From: a bacterium
GTDB taxonomy: Bacteria; SAR324; NAC60-12
Assembly: GCA_965209155.1 (NCBI GenBank)
Contig: OZ242383.1
Location: 2,752,001 to 2,816,000 of the forward strand
Direction: 5' to 3'
Length of the DNA: 64,000 bases
The translations under genes and the position numbers were made by a program. Below the pieces are notes generated by a model. The model saw nothing but the letters and a program-made list of their open reading frames with translations, ran no database searches and was not told the origin of the DNA. The first letter of the stretch is position 1; each line of letters begins with the position of its first letter. This document shows, piece by piece, positions 61,084 to 64,000 of this stretch.

Positions 61084-61290
61084 TCAAGCAAGTATTTGAC
61101 GTTTCAGTTCCTCTGATGGATTTTGGAGACCTTCGAATTCCTTCAATCGTCGTCTCAACCGGTGCACTGCAACGCGGATCGTCGAATCATCTCGGTTGAA
61201 AACTTTTCCAACCTCCCGAAACGTTGCGGACTTCCAATCGAAGGCCAACAGGCCAATCATCGCGCGGGCCTCACTCAACTTTCGCGACTT
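61084..61290 (-). pseudogene. C-terminal DnaA-like HTH remnant, probably from a REP-associated (Y1/RAYT-type) transposase
   Basis: EARAMIGLLA...TFREVGKVFNRDDSTI resembles DnaA domain-IV-like tails; cut at a palindromic repeat. Confidence 0.45.
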
Positions 61291-61301
61291 CAGAGGAACC
61301 G

Positions 61302-61383
61302 TGTCATTCCTGGCTTGATCAGGAATCCAGAGGTATGCAGCCAGACTGAAATCTGGATTCCGGGTCTTCGCCTAGAATGACAT
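61302..61383. repeat. Inverted copy of the GTCATTCC...GAATGAC palindromic repeat
   Basis: TGTCATTCCTGGCTTGATCAGGAATCCAGAGGTATGCA is the near reverse complement of the 21.3 kb unit. Confidence 0.85.
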
Positions 61384-61433
61384 ATACGCCTTAAAAAAAT
61401 AATAAAGCTACTTATCCAAACTTTCAAGCCAGA

Positions 61434-61526
61434 CCCCCTTTCCAGGTAGAGCACTGCCAGGTTCACCGATTTGTGGTGAAACAGACCACCCGTTGTGAAT
61501 GACATGCAGTATTTGTCGTTACTCAT
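61434..61526 (-). pseudogene. N-terminal fragment of a BrxA/DUF1819-like BREX protein
   Basis: KYCMSFTTGGLFHHKSVNLAVLYL resembles the DUF1819 N-terminus; similarity ends after ~31 codons. Confidence 0.6.
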
Positions 61527-61943
61527 TCCTGTTCCGAATGTCTCTTTGTAAATGCTACTCCGCCCACTATTTATGAAGCCACAGCCCGGTTATTTCGATT
61601 TACACGAACCACAGAGCCAACTTTTCGCTTGGGCTGTACACAGCGTTTCACAACAACTTTTGTGTGTAAATTTTTTTCTTTTTCAAATATGAACAAGCGT
61701 TTTGGTGGTATTGAAAAAGTGTTGATACCATGGATTAGCTATTTGATGTTTTAGAAAGAATTCTTTATCATAAATAAAGGCAAAGTTTCAATGTATCCTG
61801 AAAAACCGAATCACTGAGTCAATTGTGGTATTAGCAGCAGGCCCCCCCGATGTGAAGGTGATCATACTTTTTTCTGTAGTGGTGATGCTGTCCTTACCAG
61901 TCGCTTGAGCAATAATCAAAAAGATTCAATAAACTTTGATCGA

Positions 61944-62294
61944 ATGAACGACATCGAAACCGCTTTCGCCAAGACTTTCAGTAATTGGAACATCCGACTG
62001 CCCTCGGATGCCGTCGAACAGAAACGACCTGGCAAAATCGAGCAGTCCGGGTGGATCATCACGTATGTGTTTAATGAAGACTACATGGACTATTACGCCG
62101 TACACCGTATGACCAATCCCAGACATATCAGAATCCATTCTGATGGACGCTGTGAGGGCCTGGCGGCACCGAGTGAAGGTTACTCCTATCCAGGAGACGC
62201 CGATGAAGCTACTCGCCAAAAAGCCAAAGAGGAGTATTATGCCTATAATCGGAAGGTATTTGCAGAGTTAGAAGCTAAAGGGTTATTGGACTAG
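61944..62294 (+). CDS. Hypothetical protein
   Basis: ~116-aa ORF with a DYYA.HRMTN.RH motif; function unknown. Confidence 0.6.
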   Translation: MNDIETAFAKTFSNWNIRLPSDAVEQKRPGKIEQSGWIITYVFNEDYMDYYAVHRMTNPRHIRIHSDGRCEGLAAPSEGYSYPGDADEATRQKAKEEYYAYNRKVFAELEAKGLLD

Positions 62295-62443
62295 TTGGAA
62301 GATAAGCGCGAGAAAAGTCTATTCTCTGAGCAAAAAGCAGCGTTGTTACTAATTTGAGACCTTTTGAGATCTCACCCTATTATCGAGTTGACGCAGGGGG
62401 ACAACCTGCTGAAGCATTTCGGGAATTTATCAAACAAGCGCTG

Positions 62444-63304
62444 TCAGGGATAAACGTATACGGATATCAAGTTTCCTTCGGCATCTCTGATAAAAGCCGT
62501 ATCGCCCTTGTTGTTCCAGATGGGGCGTCGACTTCCCCAGAAGAGTTCTTGTTCGCTGTTTTTGCCGAAACCCGTTCTCAAGGTCAGTTGCGTTTCGCCA
62601 GGAAGCGTGAAGTTGGGAAAGAGGTAGGGATTGCCACTGGAGGCGTCAGCAATCGTCCACCCCGTCATATCGATGGGATTCTTGCTTAGATTTTCGATCA
62701 CGATATACTCGTCATTTAAATTTCGTCTGTCATCCCCCTCCGCATCCGCATGGACGTTGACAATTTCTATAAATCGGTCTACCGCTTTCTCCCAAATTCC
62801 CAGGCCTTCCGCTCTTGCTTTTTGCTGGGCCTGGCGTAAACGCTCGCTGTATTTCGCTCCCACATGAAAGTTGATGTGGGCATGACCCTGGCGGACCAGC
62901 GCTTCATTCACAAAGGTATCGTTCACGAAGACGTAGGCCAGAATCCGGCCGTAGCTGTCTTCACGAGCACGGAGAAATTCCATGCGAATTTCACGTCCTC
63001 CGACTAAGCTATTGTTGGCCAAGGTGGCTTCCCTGGCGTGAGGATCCCCTTTTTCCGGCGCATTGATACCAAGATAACGGACACGACGTTCATCCTCCAA
63101 CAGACAGGTGTCCCCATCGATGACTTGCAGGACGGTTGCCGTCTCGGCTTTTACTGTCCCCAGGAAAAACAAACCCCACAACGCCACCAAGACAAACCTG
63201 AAGAGTTTGGTCCTAAAATACTCATTACCAATTACATTCATATTCAAATCTCTAAGTCGACTCTTATCGTTTCCAGTTTGGTGTTTTTTCATTTTTTTAT
63301 TCAA
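62444..63304 (-). CDS. Thermonuclease (SNase) + lamin-tail-domain secreted nuclease
   Basis: VIDGDT, VRYLGINAPE, DSYGRILAYV, A...GLGIW; C-terminal NDEYIVIEN...DMTGWTI.D...IWNNKGD. Confidence 0.9.
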   Translation of the reverse strand: MNKKMKKHQTGNDKSRLRDLNMNVIGNEYFRTKLFRFVLVALWGLFFLGTVKAETATVLQVIDGDTCLLEDERRVRYLGINAPEKGDPHAREATLANNSLVGGREIRMEFLRAREDSYGRILAYVFVNDTFVNEALVRQGHAHINFHVGAKYSERLRQAQQKARAEGLGIWEKAVDRFIEIVNVHADAEGDDRRNLNDEYIVIENLSKNPIDMTGWTIADASSGNPYLFPNFTLPGETQLTLRTGFGKNSEQELFWGSRRPIWNNKGDTAFIRDAEGNLISVYVYP

Positions 63305-63357
63305 CTATTTTTTCGTATCCTTTTTCAGGAGGAATTGCAAAATCCTTATCTCGAACT

Positions 63358-64000
63358 TTAGTTAAAAAGCTCTTTTTGCTGCGTGGTGATCCACTGGTAA
63401 CGAACCGGCTTGGATAGTTTCTTTAATTTCTGATCAGCACGGGCCTGCTCAAGCCAGATTTTGAGTTGGGTCTTGTGAATTTGTAATGCACCAGCTAATT
63501 CGTCAGGAGTCTTCGGGATGTCTTTGCACAGGACTCGAGCATTTGAGAGAAATAGATCATATTCATTACTTTCGTAGACAGGGGAAAGGGTCCCGTTATT
63601 CTCTTTAACGGTATTGACGGGATGATCCGATATCACTGGCATTGTTTTTGAGGGATTGTTTTCTGCGAGATTCGTCGAAAACAGCGCTTTGAGATCAACG
63701 TTTTCTATATTCTCCGATACCCATGCAGCACCCTTGTTGACAATTGCCGCATTTCCGGATTTTTTCTCAGCAGTTCGTTTCACCCAAAGCGGAACCCATT
63801 GCTTTCGGAGATTTTCCATCGCGCCATTCCAAGTGCCGCCCTTTTCACCAGAATGAACCACCAATGCTGCATCAGAAAGGCAATAAATGTATTTGTTACG
63901 CTGCATGGCATGGCCCACGTTGAACCCAGCTTCGGGATAAAAAGTCGAAATGAGTACGAGATTGTTCGCCATCAAGTGTTTGCGATACCTGACGCTCGAG
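63358..64000 (-). CDS. DprA/Smf-like DNA-processing protein, C-terminal part (5' end lies outside the window)
   Basis: LISTFYPEAGFNVGHAMQRNKYIYCLSDAALVVHS..KGGTWNGA; C-terminal winged-HTH-like tail. Confidence 0.8.
   Translation of the reverse strand, partial: SSVRYRKHLMANNLVLISTFYPEAGFNVGHAMQRNKYIYCLSDAALVVHSGEKGGTWNGAMENLRKQWVPLWVKRTAEKKSGNAAIVNKGAAWVSENIENVDLKALFSTNLAENNPSKTMPVISDHPVNTVKENNGTLSPVYESNEYDLFLSNARVLCKDIPKTPDELAGALQIHKTQLKIWLEQARADQKLKKLSKPVRYQWITTQQKELFN

Overview
Bacterial chromosomal window with no rRNA, tRNA or CRISPR array recognised. (1) Positions 1-30.6 kb are an accessory catabolic region. It holds a MalK-type ATPase, a 4x ~200-bp hairpin-repeat array and a co-oriented run of amidase/SDR/hydratase/PhyH/dehydrogenase genes. 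It also holds decayed IS91, IS1595 and toxin remnants, a Dpp/Opp-type ABC importer operon interleaved with four PhyH-family 2OG-Fe(II) dioxygenases and a duplicated binding protein, a CoA-transferase, and an intact IS66 (27480-29548, 8-bp TSD CAAGAAAA). (2) Positions 30.7-56.2 kb are mostly housekeeping genes (ssb, tsaD, SurA-like, metK, ptsH, aroE, xseA, ruvA, ruvC, yebC, purH-like, yejABEF, rsmD, uppS, cdsA, dxr, rseP). (3) Positions 56.2-64 kb hold a nested mobile element, a second ATPase-less Dpp-type ABC cluster and defence-island debris (brxA-like fragment, nuclease-LTD, DprA-like). The most unusual observations are these. A four-helix-bundle (23S-IVP/Avd-like) gene is framed by 39-nt hexamer-periodic inverted arms inside IS200-like hairpin ends, and the same arm motif builds the gene-less tandem array at 903-1706. 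An IS66 right-end passenger (sigma70-like promoter plus a covarying structured RNA leader) recurs as solo copies directly upstream of co-oriented host genes. All calls come from reading motifs by eye; no database search was run.
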